From Gemmatimonadota bacterium (lineage in GTDB: Bacteria; Gemmatimonadota; Gemmatimonadetes; Gemmatimonadales; Gemmatimonadaceae), in NCBI GenBank assembly GCA_031372565.1, contig JANMLN010000145.1, forward strand, positions 1 to 60,472: a DNA stretch of 60,472 nt. Reading direction: 5' to 3'. A program made the position numbers and the translations under genes. Every line of letters starts with the position of its first letter. The stretch's first letter is position 1. The notes below the pieces were generated by a model. That model did no database searches. It was not told the origin of the DNA and was given only the letters and a program-made list of their open reading frames with translations. Shown one piece after another: positions 18,158 through 27,850 of this stretch.

Positions 18158-20491
18158 ATGCTCCGTCTTCACGCTCGCTGGTTCGCACCCGTGGCGCTCG
18201 TCGAGCTCGTAGCGTTCGTCGCGCTCACCCCCGCCCCCGCCGTTGGGCAACAGGGGCGCTACAGCGCCGAGATCCGCTGGACCAGTTACGGCATTCCCCA
18301 CGTGAAGGCCAAGAGCTACGGCGATCTCGGCTATGGCTTCGCCTATGCGACCGCCACCGATGCCTTCTGCACGATGGCGCGCGACGTCGCCACGGTGAAC
18401 GGCGAGCTCTCCGCGCATTTCGGTTCGGCGGACGGCAACATCGAGAGCGATGTCTTTCATCGCGCCGTACTCGACAGCGCCGCCATTGCGCGGTATCCCC
18501 GTGGGCAGGACGCCAAGGCGCGCGCCTTCAGCGCCGGCTACGTGGCGGGCTACAACCGGTACCTGCGCGATCACACCGCCACCCTCCCGGCCGCCTGCGC
18601 TGGTGCGCCATGGGTCCGACCCATCACGGACGACGACGTGTCGCGCCTCGCCGTTGGTAACGCGATTCGCTACGGACTTGGCAACTACCAGCGCCCGATG
18701 GCCGCGGCGACCCCGCCGAAGCCGGCCGCCGCTCCCGCAGGCACGCCAGCGCCCCCATCCAACGACTTCGCGGCCCTCGCCGATTTCGACGCGCGCGCAG
18801 CGTTCGGCATCGGGAGCAACGCCGTGGCCATGGGGCGCGCCGTGACCGCCTCGGGGCGCGGGCTCCTGCTCGGCAATCCGCACTATCCGTGGAGCGGCGC
18901 CTCGCGATTCCATCTCATTCATCTCACCGTGCCCGGTGACGTTGATGTGATGGGGGTGAGCCTCTACACCACACCGCGCGTGGGAATCGGATTCAACAAG
19001 GATATCGCGTGGACGCACACCGTCTCGACGGGCACGCGCTCCACCCTGTACGCCCTCGATCTCGATCCGGCCAATCCCACCCGCTATCGGTATGGCGCCG
19101 GGTGGCGCGACATGCAGTCGCGCCGGGTGAGCATCACGGTGCGGCAGGCCGATGGCACGATCACCACCGAAAGCCGCGTGACCTGGTTCACGCACGTGGG
19201 CCCGGTCATTGCCGCCGCGCCCATTCCGTGGACGACCACCCGCGCCTTCGCCGTGCGCGATGCCAATCTGGAGAATGATCGCGGCGCCATGACGTACGAC
19301 GCGCTCGCGCGCGCCCGCTCCGTGGATGACGTGGAGAAGGCGATCAGCCTGCAAGGCACCTCGTGGGTGAATACCGTGGCGACCGATCGCGCAGGCACCG
19401 CCTACTACGCCGACATGAGCACGGTGCCGAACCTGGATTCCGCCTTCCTGGCGCGCTGTCGCTGGCGCATGCCCGGCGCCCCGCCGACACCGATCATTCT
19501 CACGGCGGCCGATTCCACCTGCGCCTGGCCAGTCGATCCGCGCTCCTCCATCGCTGGCGCCATGCCACCCGCGCTGATGCCTCGGCTCCGCCGCGATGAT
19601 GTCGTGTCCAACGCGAATGACAGTTACTGGCTGACCAATCCCGCTGCGCCGCTCGAGGGCTATGCCCCCACGATCGGGGCCGAGCGCACCGCGCGCAGTC
19701 TGCGCACGCGCGCCGGGCTCGCGTTCATCGAGGAGGCGCTGGCGAAGGGTGGCAAGATGGAGCCGGCGATGCTGCAGCAACTCTTGCTCGCCCATCGCAA
19801 TTATGGCGCCGAGCTGCTCGTGCCCGATCTGCTCACGCTGTGTGCGGCGCCCGTTACGCCAGTGGTGAACGCGCAGGGGTCCGTCGACATCACGCCGGCC
19901 TGCGATGCCTTGGCGAAGTGGGATCGTCGGGAAACCGTGGAGAGCCGCGGGGCGCAGGTGTGGCGCGAGTTCTGGCGGGTGGCGGCGCGCATTCCGAATG
20001 TGTATGCCGTGCCGTTTGACGTCGCCGATCCGGCACACACCCCGCGTGGTCTTGCGGTGGGGCAGGCGCCGGTGCGTGACGCGCTCCGGGGCGCCCTTGC
20101 CACCGCGCAGACGCGACTGGCGCAGCAGGGCGTCGCGCTCGATGCCGCGTTGGGCACCGTGCAGTTCACCGAGGTGAAGGGGGTACGCTATCCCGTGCCC
20201 GGTGGCGAAGGACCGAGCGGCGCCTGGTCGGTGATCTCCAGCCAGCTCAAGCCGGGGGGATATGCCCCCATCATCGCCGGCAACAGCTACATCCAGGTGG
20301 TCGGGTGGTCGCGCGGCGGAGTCCTCGATGCCAGAGGGCTCATTACCTATTCGCAATCCGACAACCCCGACTCGCCACACGCCACCGACCTGACGCGGCT
20401 CTATGCCAAGGGCGAGCTCCCCAAGCTGCCGTTCACGGAGGCGGAGATTCGCGCCGACAAGCAGTTGAAAGTGCTGCGCATCCGCGAGTGA
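18158..20491 (+). CDS. Penicillin acylase family Ntn-hydrolase (PvdQ/QuiP-like AHL acylase type)
   Basis: IRWTSYGIPHVKA, GYGFAYA, G-SNAVAMG (beta-chain Ser), LLGNPHYPW, AWTHTVST, NANDSYW, YSQSDNPDSPH. Confidence 0.93.
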   Translation: MLRLHARWFAPVALVELVAFVALTPAPAVGQQGRYSAEIRWTSYGIPHVKAKSYGDLGYGFAYATATDAFCTMARDVATVNGELSAHFGSADGNIESDVFHRAVLDSAAIARYPRGQDAKARAFSAGYVAGYNRYLRDHTATLPAACAGAPWVRPITDDDVSRLAVGNAIRYGLGNYQRPMAAATPPKPAAAPAGTPAPPSNDFAALADFDARAAFGIGSNAVAMGRAVTASGRGLLLGNPHYPWSGASRFHLIHLTVPGDVDVMGVSLYTTPRVGIGFNKDIAWTHTVSTGTRSTLYALDLDPANPTRYRYGAGWRDMQSRRVSITVRQADGTITTESRVTWFTHVGPVIAAAPIPWTTTRAFAVRDANLENDRGAMTYDALARARSVDDVEKAISLQGTSWVNTVATDRAGTAYYADMSTVPNLDSAFLARCRWRMPGAPPTPIILTAADSTCAWPVDPRSSIAGAMPPALMPRLRRDDVVSNANDSYWLTNPAAPLEGYAPTIGAERTARSLRTRAGLAFIEEALAKGGKMEPAMLQQLLLAHRNYGAELLVPDLLTLCAAPVTPVVNAQGSVDITPACDALAKWDRRETVESRGAQVWREFWRVAARIPNVYAVPFDVADPAHTPRGLAVGQAPVRDALRGALATAQTRLAQQGVALDAALGTVQFTEVKGVRYPVPGGEGPSGAWSVISSQLKPGGYAPIIAGNSYIQVVGWSRGGVLDARGLITYSQSDNPDSPHATDLTRLYAKGELPKLPFTEAEIRADKQLKVLRIRE

Positions 20492-20623
20492 GCGTGTCAC
20501 GGTGCACGCTGTCGGTTCCAAGGACGTCGTTCACGCTGCAAGAGCGCGTTGGCCGACGTCCGAGGAAGCGTCGCGACCGTGCGCGGCGATGATGCCGACC
20601 GTCTCCGGGCGCCGCGCGGGACG

Positions 20624-20812
20624 TTATGCGATCGGGTGGTCCCGGTCCGGCGCCGAGGGCTTGCGCCTGCGGGCGTCGGTGACGATACCCGCAATGCCGC
20701 CGAAGATCAGTCCCAACGCGAACTTTCCAAGCAGCAACCCGACGAAGGCACCGAGAATGGCGCCTCGAAGGGCCCACGATCCGGGCCTGCGCGTTGTCTG
20801 ATCGGTTTGCAC
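20624..20812 (-). CDS. Small glycine-zipper-like membrane protein
   Basis: GAILGAFVGLLLGKFALGLIFGGIAGIV; GTG start with AGGAG upstream. Confidence 0.65.
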   Translation of the reverse strand: MQTDQTTRRPGSWALRGAILGAFVGLLLGKFALGLIFGGIAGIVTDARRRKPSAPDRDHPIA

Positions 20813-21031
20813 CGAAGCTCTCTCCTGTGTGGCCACGTATTGTGCGTTGAGGCAGCGATTCGCCGAAGAATGTGGCCGGCGAGCACCGCGAGCAATGGGG
20901 TGCACGCCTTTGTGTCGCGGCCGACCGCATCGCGAGGTCAGGTGGCGCGGCGTGCGGTGGGGGTTGGCACGGTCAGCTGAGGGTCCCCCGCTTCCTGTTC
21001 CCGTGCGTGCTCCGCGCGCGCTGCGCGGACA

Positions 21032-21271
21032 TCAGGATGAGCGGAACGCCCGCGATCCCGAGCCGCTCCCGAAGAGCAGCAGCACGCCACCGACGATGGC
21101 CGCCGCGCCCGCCCACACCGGAATGTTCACGTGCTCGCGCTCCTTCACCGTGAGCGACACGGGCCCGAGGTCGGCGGTGCTGCTGCTCCGCGTGAAGCTG
21201 AAGCCGCCGTACGCGAGGCCGACGGCGCCGGCGACGATGAGCGCAATGGCGAGGAGCTTGAGCGGCTGCAT
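21032..21271 (-). CDS. Small two-TM membrane protein (DUF3185-like)
   Basis: LIVAGAVGLAYGGFSFT....ADLGP..LTVKE...VNIPVWAG..AIVGGVLLL. Confidence 0.85.
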   Translation of the reverse strand: MQPLKLLAIALIVAGAVGLAYGGFSFTRSSSTADLGPVSLTVKEREHVNIPVWAGAAAIVGGVLLLFGSGSGSRAFRSS

Positions 21272-21611
21272 GGAGGACTCCAGGGGGAGCACGGGGAGGG
21301 CGGCGAGCGGGATACACAGAACGTGCGCCGTCCTGCGCGCGCGCCCCATCGCACGATGGGATGACGCACCCTAGGCGTCGCGGATCAGCGCGATGTTTGG
21401 GCTGACCAGCTTTGGCGGGCGTGGTCGTTGGCTTCTTCGGTACGGGGCCGCTCGATCGGAGAGCACGGCGTATCCGATGGAGGGTAGGAACGTCCGGAGG
21501 GCATCGTGATCGCACGTCCGGACAGGCGACGCAGCGCCTCCGTGGCGCTGATGCCGGACGCGGGCCATCGGGGCTCCGGGGGGGGCGCACCCCCGTGGCG
21601 CCGTTCCGCGT

Positions 21612-22313
21612 CTACCGCTGGCACGCCACTGGTCGCACGACCACCACGCTGTCGCGCGGCGTCACCGGATCGAGTCGCACGAGGCAGGCTGCGACGTCGC
21701 CCGCCAGCTGCTCGAGGCCGTGCTCCAGCAACCTCACGAGGCCGCGATAGTCGCCCACTGTCCAGCCGTCGGCACGGCGGTCGCTCTCGCCTCGGGCCAG
21801 CAATGCGCCGTCGTCCGGACGGAAGACTTCCCACGACGCCGCCACGCGGTAGCCGCCCTCCTTCGCGCTGGAATCGTCCGGCGCCGTGCCCTCGAGGCGC
21901 GAGACGTGCAGCTGCAGCACGAAGTCGTGGCGCGAACGGATCGGCCACGGCGTGACATCCACCGCGCGCACGTGGGTCGTGGCGCCCAGGTACTCGGACA
22001 GCGCGCGCGTGACGCCTGCCGACGGGTCCTCGCCCCAGCGATGGAAATTGGACGTGGCGATCCGCCCGCCGCGCCGCACGACGATCGCCAAGGTCGCGAG
22101 GTAGGCCGCGAGGTCCACGCGACGCATGCCGATGGTGCGGCTGGCAGAATCGGCCGGGAGCCGCACCGCCACGCGCGTCACGGCGTGTCCCGCCCCGAGC
22201 GCGAATTCCTCGAGCGGTGGACTCGTCCGGGCGAGCGAGAAGCAGCCCCCCGTTCCCAGCAGGAGGCCGGCCCCCAGTGCGCACAGCGCGCGCGACGTGC
22301 GGTGATGACGCAT
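21612..22313 (-). CDS. pqiC: PqiC-family (ABC transport auxiliary) lipoprotein
   Basis: Lipobox GTGGC; VDLAAYL...AIVVR, HRWGED; last gene of the MCE operon. Confidence 0.85.
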   Translation of the reverse strand: MRHHRTSRALCALGAGLLLGTGGCFSLARTSPPLEEFALGAGHAVTRVAVRLPADSASRTIGMRRVDLAAYLATLAIVVRRGGRIATSNFHRWGEDPSAGVTRALSEYLGATTHVRAVDVTPWPIRSRHDFVLQLHVSRLEGTAPDDSSAKEGGYRVAASWEVFRPDDGALLARGESDRRADGWTVGDYRGLVRLLEHGLEQLAGDVAACLVRLDPVTPRDSVVVVRPVACQR

Positions 22314-22315
22314 GG

Positions 22316-23299
22316 CTAGTTCTTCCTCGGCGGCTTCTTGCCGCGCAGCAGCATGTCCGGGTTCTGTTCGAGCGAACTGACGAGCAGGCGCAGGGCACTG
22401 GTTGCGTCCTTGATGCTGGCGAGGGCGGTCTGGAGTCCGTTGCCCAGGTCGGAGTCGGTGGACATGATGCCGTGCGTCTCGTCCACGGTCTGTCTCAAGC
22501 TTTGCAGTGTCGCGCTCAGCTCCCGCGTCGCGGCCTTGAGATCGGTGGACATGGGGCCAACCGCGGCGTTGGTGCGCTCCGCCAGGGTGTCCACCCGCGC
22601 GAGCGTCCGCACGAGCTGGCTCGTCACGGCGGGCAATGAGCGCATCGTCACCCGCAGTTCCGGCGCCTCGGCCAGGCTCTGCACCGAACGGGCCGAGGCG
22701 ACGACGGCGCTGTTGATCCCCTTCATGTCGATGGCGCCGAGAAGTTCGTTGACCTTGAACAGCACCTTCACCACGTCGGCCACGATGCTCCCCGCGTCCG
22801 TGCCGAGGGCGGCCATGAGCGAGGGGGTCGTCGGGATCTCCGGAAACGGCGTCAAGCCGGTTTCAAACGTCGGCGCCGGAGCATCCTGCCGATAACTGAG
22901 CTCGACGTAGAGCTGGCCCGTCACCATGCTTTGCATCTGGAGCTGCGCGCGTAGCCCGTTGGCGATCTGGCGCGCGAGTTCCCCTTCATCGCGGAGGTTG
23001 ACGAAGGTGCGCAGCTGGGTCCGGAGGAGCTTGAGGTTGATCTCGTACTCGACGGGGACCTGGAACGTCTTGTTCCGGTCGTCGATCTGGATGAGCATCC
23101 GGGTCACCTTGCCGACGGGCGCGCCCTGGAACTTGACGGGGGCGCCGTCCTCGAGGCCGTTGACCGACTCGCGGAAGTAGCTGATGAAGGTCGTGTGGCG
23201 CGTGAAGAGGGAGGTGCCGGCGAGCAGCGCGGCGCCCCCGACGGTGAGACAGACCGCGCCGATGAGGAAGAGCCCGATGGCGGTGGGATTCGCACGCAT
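22316..23299 (-). CDS. mlaD: MlaD/MCE-domain protein
   Basis: ANPTAIGLFLIGA, YFRESVNGL..GAPVKF.G..VGKV, GLRAQL...S.VTGQLYVEL, LEQNP..LLRGK. Confidence 0.92.
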   Translation of the reverse strand: MRANPTAIGLFLIGAVCLTVGGAALLAGTSLFTRHTTFISYFRESVNGLEDGAPVKFQGAPVGKVTRMLIQIDDRNKTFQVPVEYEINLKLLRTQLRTFVNLRDEGELARQIANGLRAQLQMQSMVTGQLYVELSYRQDAPAPTFETGLTPFPEIPTTPSLMAALGTDAGSIVADVVKVLFKVNELLGAIDMKGINSAVVASARSVQSLAEAPELRVTMRSLPAVTSQLVRTLARVDTLAERTNAAVGPMSTDLKAATRELSATLQSLRQTVDETHGIMSTDSDLGNGLQTALASIKDATSALRLLVSSLEQNPDMLLRGKKPPRKN

Positions 23300-23301
23300 G
23301 C

Positions 23302-24090
23302 TCACGGGGTGCCTTCGCTGCTGCGGGTGAGGAACTGGTGGACCGCGCCGCTCGGCGGATGGGCGAGGAGCTCGGCCGGGGGCCCGACGGCCGTCATGGT
23401 CTGCTGCTCGATGTCGAGGTAGAGCGCGCGATCGGCGATGCGGAAGATGCTGGCGAGGTCGTGCGTGACCACGACGATCGTCGTGTCGAAGCTTGCCCGC
23501 ACCTCGAGGATCAGGTCGTCCAAGCGGCTCGCGCTGACGGGGTCGAGCCCCGACGATGGCTCGTCGAAGAACAGGATCGCGGGGTCGAGCGCGAGTGCAC
23601 GCGCCAGCCCGGCGCGCTTGCGCATGCCGCCGCTGATGGCCGCGGGATAGAACGCCTCGAAGCCACACAGGCCGACCAGCGCGAGCTTGAGCTGGACCAC
23701 GTCGCCGATTTCGTCGGCGCTGAGCGTCGTGAACTCGGTGAGTGGCAGCGCGACGTTCTCCGCGAGCGTGAGCCCGCTCCACAGTGCGCCGTTCTGGTAG
23801 AGCACGCCGATGTGGCGGCAGATGCGCCGGCGCGCGTCCCGGTCGGCGGCGACGACGTCCTCGCCCTCGATGCGGATCGTGCCGGCCGCGGGGGCCTTGA
23901 GTCCGACGAGATGCCGGAGCAGGGTACTCTTGCCGCTCCCGCTCCCGCCCATGATGACGAACACCTCGCCGCGGTTCACGACGAAGCTCAGGTCGTGCAT
24001 GATCACGACCGGGCCGTACTGCATGGTCAGCCCCTGCACGGCGATCGGCGGCGCGTCACTGGCGCGCGCGCGAGGCGGGGTCGCCGTCAT
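23302..24090 (-). CDS. mlaF: MlaF-type ABC transporter ATP-binding protein
   Basis: GGSGSGKST, ISGGMRKRAGLARALALDP.ILFFDEPSSGLDP, VVTHDL. Confidence 0.95.
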   Translation of the reverse strand: MTATPPRARASDAPPIAVQGLTMQYGPVVIMHDLSFVVNRGEVFVIMGGSGSGKSTLLRHLVGLKAPAAGTIRIEGEDVVAADRDARRRICRHIGVLYQNGALWSGLTLAENVALPLTEFTTLSADEIGDVVQLKLALVGLCGFEAFYPAAISGGMRKRAGLARALALDPAILFFDEPSSGLDPVSASRLDDLILEVRASFDTTIVVVTHDLASIFRIADRALYLDIEQQTMTAVGPPAELLAHPPSGAVHQFLTRSSEGTP

Positions 24091-25229
24091 GCCTGGAAGA
24101 GCGCCGACAGCCAGTCGATCACGGCGTTGGCGAGGATGATCCACGTGATGCCCGTGACCACGGCGGAGGTCGCGGAGCGGCCCACCGCGCCGGCGTCGGT
24201 CCCGGTCTGCAGCCCCTTGAGGCAACCGGCCATGCCGACGATGACGCCGTAGACGGTGGCCTTGAAGATGCCGAGCGTGGCATCGGAGACATCCACGGCG
24301 GCGAGCAGGCCGTGCACGAACTGCCTCGGCGCGATGTCGAGCAGCGCGACGGTCACGCTCAGCCCGCCGAGGACGCCGACGACGTCCGCGTAGATGACGA
24401 GCAGCGGCATCATCACGAAGAGGCCGAGCACGCGCGGGAGCACGAGGTGGTCGATGGGCGAGATGCCGAGCGTGCTGAGCGCGTCGATCTCCTCGGTGAT
24501 CTTCATGGTGCCCAGTTCGGCCGCGAAGCCGGCCCCGGTGCGTCCCGCGATGATGATGCCGGTCATGAGCGCACCCATCTCGCGCAGCATGCCGGACCCC
24601 ACCAGGTACGACGCGTAGTAGCCGGCGCCGAACCGCTTGAGCACGACGACGCCCAGGAACGCGATGATGATGCCGACGAGCAGGGCGATGAGCCCGACGA
24701 TCGGCAGGGCGCCCGAGCTGTTGGACTGGACGACGACCCAGAAGGGGCGCCAGCGCATGCGGACCCGTCCGGTGAAGAGTCCGGCGCCTTGCAGCGCCAC
24801 CTCGCCGACAAAGGTCAGCGCGCGCAGCGCCGCATCCCACGCCGCGAGGCCGGCGTTGCCGAGCCGCGCGACGGCAGGGAGGGGCGCGACCGCGACCTCG
24901 GTGACCACACGCTCCGGGACCGCGCGCGCGAGCGCGAGGAGGCTCGTGATGCGCTTGGGCAGTCCCGCGGTCGCGAGGTCGAGCTTGTGTGCGGTGCAGT
25001 ACGCCTCGCCTTGCCGCAGGAAGATCAGCAGGCTGCTGTCCCACCTTCCGAGTGCGGAGCTCTCGAAGGTGATCGCGCGCACCGATGGCGCTGCGTCGCC
25101 CGGGCTGGTCGTGCCGCCCAAGGCCGCGTCGGCCAGTGGCGCGAACCGCGGCGTGTCGGCGTCGACGGTCCAATCGCCGGTCAGCGCGATCACGATCGCC
25201 TCTCCGTCGCGCTCAAAAGCGGCGGTCAT
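24087..25229 (-). CDS. mlaE: MlaE-family permease with N-terminal STAS-like domain
   Basis: LREMGALMTGIIIAGRTGAGFAAELGTMKITEEIDAL, LVLPR, VGRSATSAVV; N-terminal L.G.W...LGRWDSS. Confidence 0.94.
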   Translation of the reverse strand: MTAAFERDGEAIVIALTGDWTVDADTPRFAPLADAALGGTTSPGDAAPSVRAITFESSALGRWDSSLLIFLRQGEAYCTAHKLDLATAGLPKRITSLLALARAVPERVVTEVAVAPLPAVARLGNAGLAAWDAALRALTFVGEVALQGAGLFTGRVRMRWRPFWVVVQSNSSGALPIVGLIALLVGIIIAFLGVVVLKRFGAGYYASYLVGSGMLREMGALMTGIIIAGRTGAGFAAELGTMKITEEIDALSTLGISPIDHLVLPRVLGLFVMMPLLVIYADVVGVLGGLSVTVALLDIAPRQFVHGLLAAVDVSDATLGIFKATVYGVIVGMAGCLKGLQTGTDAGAVGRSATSAVVTGITWIILANAVIDWLSALFQA

Positions 25230-25617
25230 GCGGTCCCCCGATGGGTTGCACATCGTCGGTGACCGGCGGCCGTCGCGCGAGCGGTACCTGTGGCCGGCGG
25301 CTGCCGAGCGACAATCCTCAGCAAGGATGACATGTAGAACTTTGGTCCGCGCGTCGCGCGCCGAGAATCACCCGAAGGGAGTAGGCCGTGCGGTGCGTCT
25401 CCTTGGGTGACGTGGGCGGCGGCGGAGTTCACCGCGGTGATGGCAGAGGACTTCCGGCCGGTCGCCGCGGGACTCGCGCGCAGTCGCCGCCAGCGGGACT
25501 GACGCGAACGGGCGATGGCGGTGGCGCGACGAAGCGTGAGAGTTGAAGCGGCGAGCATTCGACGCGTGAATCATCACGCCGAAGCCGTCTTCGCGACCCC
25601 TCTCTCCGGAATCCCCA

Positions 25618-25947
25618 ATGTCCGATCATCGCTCCGCCGCCGAACTTGCCTGCATGGCCGCCTGCAACGACTGCGCCATCACGTGCAGCGAGTGCTCTGC
25701 CCACATGGCGGGGAAGGAGAGCCCCAACGCGTGTCCAGCCTGCTGCATCGACTGCGCGGCGCTCTGTCGCCTGTGCGCCGACGCGGTGGCGCGTCACAGC
25801 CCGTTCGCTGAGCGACTCTGCGCCCTCTGCGCCGACAGTTGCAAGCTGTGCGCGGAGCAGTGCGGAGCGCACAAGATGGACCACTGTCAGGCGTGCGCGC
25901 ACGCGTGCCGGGTGTGCGAAGCGGCCTGCCGCGCGATGGCGGCGTGA
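25618..25947 (+). CDS. Four-helix-bundle copper storage protein (DUF326, Csp3-like)
   Basis: 21 Cys in 109 aa in CxxxC/CxxC spacing; H.MDHC..CA.AC..C..AC; no signal peptide. Confidence 0.92.
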   Translation: MSDHRSAAELACMAACNDCAITCSECSAHMAGKESPNACPACCIDCAALCRLCADAVARHSPFAERLCALCADSCKLCAEQCGAHKMDHCQACAHACRVCEAACRAMAA

Positions 25948-25987
25948 GGGTGCGTCCCGGTGCCGGACCGCGTCGGCACCGGGTGCC

Positions 25988-26263
25988 TCAGGCGATCGGC
26001 TGGAGCACCATCCGTCCATAGGCCACGAACGCCAGGAGCACGCTGCCATCGGCCTGGTTGATGGCCTTCGTGAACTTCGCGAGGCCGGCGGGATCGTACG
26101 GGAACTCGGCGTTGCCGCGCATCGGGATCCACACGTAGTTCATCCCGAGCTCCTTCGCGAGCGCCGCTTCGTCGAAGTTCACCTGGCGCTGCATCTCTTC
26201 GGGGCTGCGCAGGTTGATGATGGTGGTCACGCCTTGCGCGCGCAGCCAACTGGCGCCGCTCAT
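25988..26263 (-). pseudogene. Fragment of a DUF442 / PTP-like sulfurtransferase-phosphatase with an unrelated C-terminal tail
   Basis: AQGVTTIINLRSPEE...DEAALAKELGMNYVWIP...GSVLL ends where the HCxxxxR active site is expected. The N-terminal GQP region is also missing. Confidence 0.7.
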
Positions 26264-26279
26264 CACGCGGAGAGGGCGT

Positions 26280-26308
26280 CTCGTCCCGGAACCAGGGGGG
26301 CAGGTCCC
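26280..26308 (+). promoter_or_regulatory. Candidate LytTR-binding direct repeat upstream of the efflux operon
   Basis: CTCGTCCC (26280-26287) and CAGGTCCC (26301-26308), 21-bp period, 70 nt before the TolC-family start; the operon ends in a LytTR regulator. Confidence 0.4.
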
Positions 26309-26378
26309 ATGACCCCTCCTACGGCCTCCATCAGCCGACGAGCCTTCCCGGCAGACGAGACCACCATCCCGACCTGCC

Positions 26379-27812
26379 ATGACCCTCCGCCACGACATGC
26401 GCGCCTGGACCGCCCTCACGATCACGCTCGGCATTGCGCCACTCGCACTGCTGTTGGCGACGAGCACACGGTGCGTCGCGCAGATCGCGGTGGGTACCGC
26501 CCGTCCACTGACGCTCGATGACGCCCTCGCCCGACTCTCGCGTCGGCATCCCGCCGATCGCGTGGCACAGGCCCAACTGGCATTGGCCGAGGCGCGGCAG
26601 GGCGAGGCGTTGAGTCAACGCCGGAACCTGCTGATCCCGTCGGCGCAGCTCAGCGTGCAGACGCTGCGCACCCTGCAGAACCAATACACCGAGATCGCGA
26701 AGCGGGCGGGTATCGTGCCGGACCCGAGCGGCGCCGCCGATCCCATCGCGAGCGTCTTCTCGGCCGCCAACACGCACGTGGCGCAGTTCGCGATGAGCAT
26801 CCGGCCGTTCGATGGGGGAGCGGCGCATGCGCGCGTGCAGGCGGCCGACGCGCTGGTTGCCGCCGCGTCGAGCTCCATTGAGCTTACCCGCAGCGCACTC
26901 GCGCTGCAGACGGTGCAGCACTTCCACGACGCGCAGCTGGCCCAGCGCCTCGTGGAAGTCGCCGACTCCTCGGTCGCGCAAGCCGAGCGCACGGTGGCCC
27001 TGGTGCGTGTCGCCTTCGAGGCCGGACGCGTGGCGGAGCTGGAATACCTGCGCGCGCAGGCCGCGCTGTCGGCACTGCGCCCGGCGGCACTCGACGCGCG
27101 CCGACGCCACGGCGCCGCACTCGCCGCGCTGCGCCCGCTGATCGGCCTCGAGCGCGACGCCTCATTGGAGTTGTCCGCCACGCTTGAAGACGACGCGGCG
27201 CGCCGCGCAACGACCCTCGCCGCATCATCGGCGCCAACGCCGCCCACCGCGCGCGTGGCGGTGCGTCTCGCGTCCGAGCGCCTGCGGGCAGCGGAGGCGG
27301 GTGTGCGCGACGCCGAGCGCCGGTTCCTCCCGACGCTCGATGTGCAGTTCACCCACCAGCGCTTCGCCTATCCCGCACGCTCCGCGCAGTGGCAAGGGCC
27401 ATGGTTCCCGCAGACCAGCGTCGCGGCCGTCCTCACCCTGCCGCTCGACCTGACGGGCCGGATGGTCAGTGAACTGCGCGTCGCCCGCGCCACCGCCGCC
27501 GCCGAGCACGCGGCAGAGGCGGAGGCACAGCTCGCTGCCGATCTGGAGGAGCGCGACCTCGCGCTCGCGCTCGAGAGTGCGCGGTTGCAGTGGCTCGCGG
27601 TCACGACCTCGGGTTCCGCGGCGTCGCGCGCACGCGTGATCGCCGAAACGCGCTACGAAGCCGGTCGCGGAAGCTGGCTCGAACTGCAGGACGCCCGGAA
27701 CGCCGAACGATCAGCGCTGGCCGAGCGCGCACGCGCCGCGCGGGACCTCCTGCTCGTGGATGCGCGCCACGTGCGGCTCGCCACGCTGCCGATCACCTCA
27801 AGTCCCGAGTGA
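26379..27812 (+). CDS. TolC-family outer membrane efflux protein
   Basis: LTLDDAL, FEAGRVAELEYLRAQ, RFLPTL, RYEAG..S.LEL.DA; first gene of the RND operon. Confidence 0.92.
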   Translation: MTLRHDMRAWTALTITLGIAPLALLLATSTRCVAQIAVGTARPLTLDDALARLSRRHPADRVAQAQLALAEARQGEALSQRRNLLIPSAQLSVQTLRTLQNQYTEIAKRAGIVPDPSGAADPIASVFSAANTHVAQFAMSIRPFDGGAAHARVQAADALVAAASSSIELTRSALALQTVQHFHDAQLAQRLVEVADSSVAQAERTVALVRVAFEAGRVAELEYLRAQAALSALRPAALDARRRHGAALAALRPLIGLERDASLELSATLEDDAARRATTLAASSAPTPPTARVAVRLASERLRAAEAGVRDAERRFLPTLDVQFTHQRFAYPARSAQWQGPWFPQTSVAAVLTLPLDLTGRMVSELRVARATAAAEHAAEAEAQLAADLEERDLALALESARLQWLAVTTSGSAASRARVIAETRYEAGRGSWLELQDARNAERSALAERARAARDLLLVDARHVRLATLPITSSPE

Positions 27813-27850
27813 GCAACCCGCACCCGATGTCTCCCCTTCTTGGCCTCACG

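Noticed and set aside
17903..20521. 1219-aa ORF 16862..20521 as one giant SPFH fusion
   Set aside because: The upstream roughly 870 aa are mostly antisense to the acylase and Arg/Gly-rich noise; only 16862..17902 is real.
25618..25947. Functional link between the copper storage protein and the copper monooxygenase or the RND pump
   Set aside because: It lies about 17 kb from the monooxygenase, the RND is not evidently CusA-type, and a gene scar separates it from the pump.
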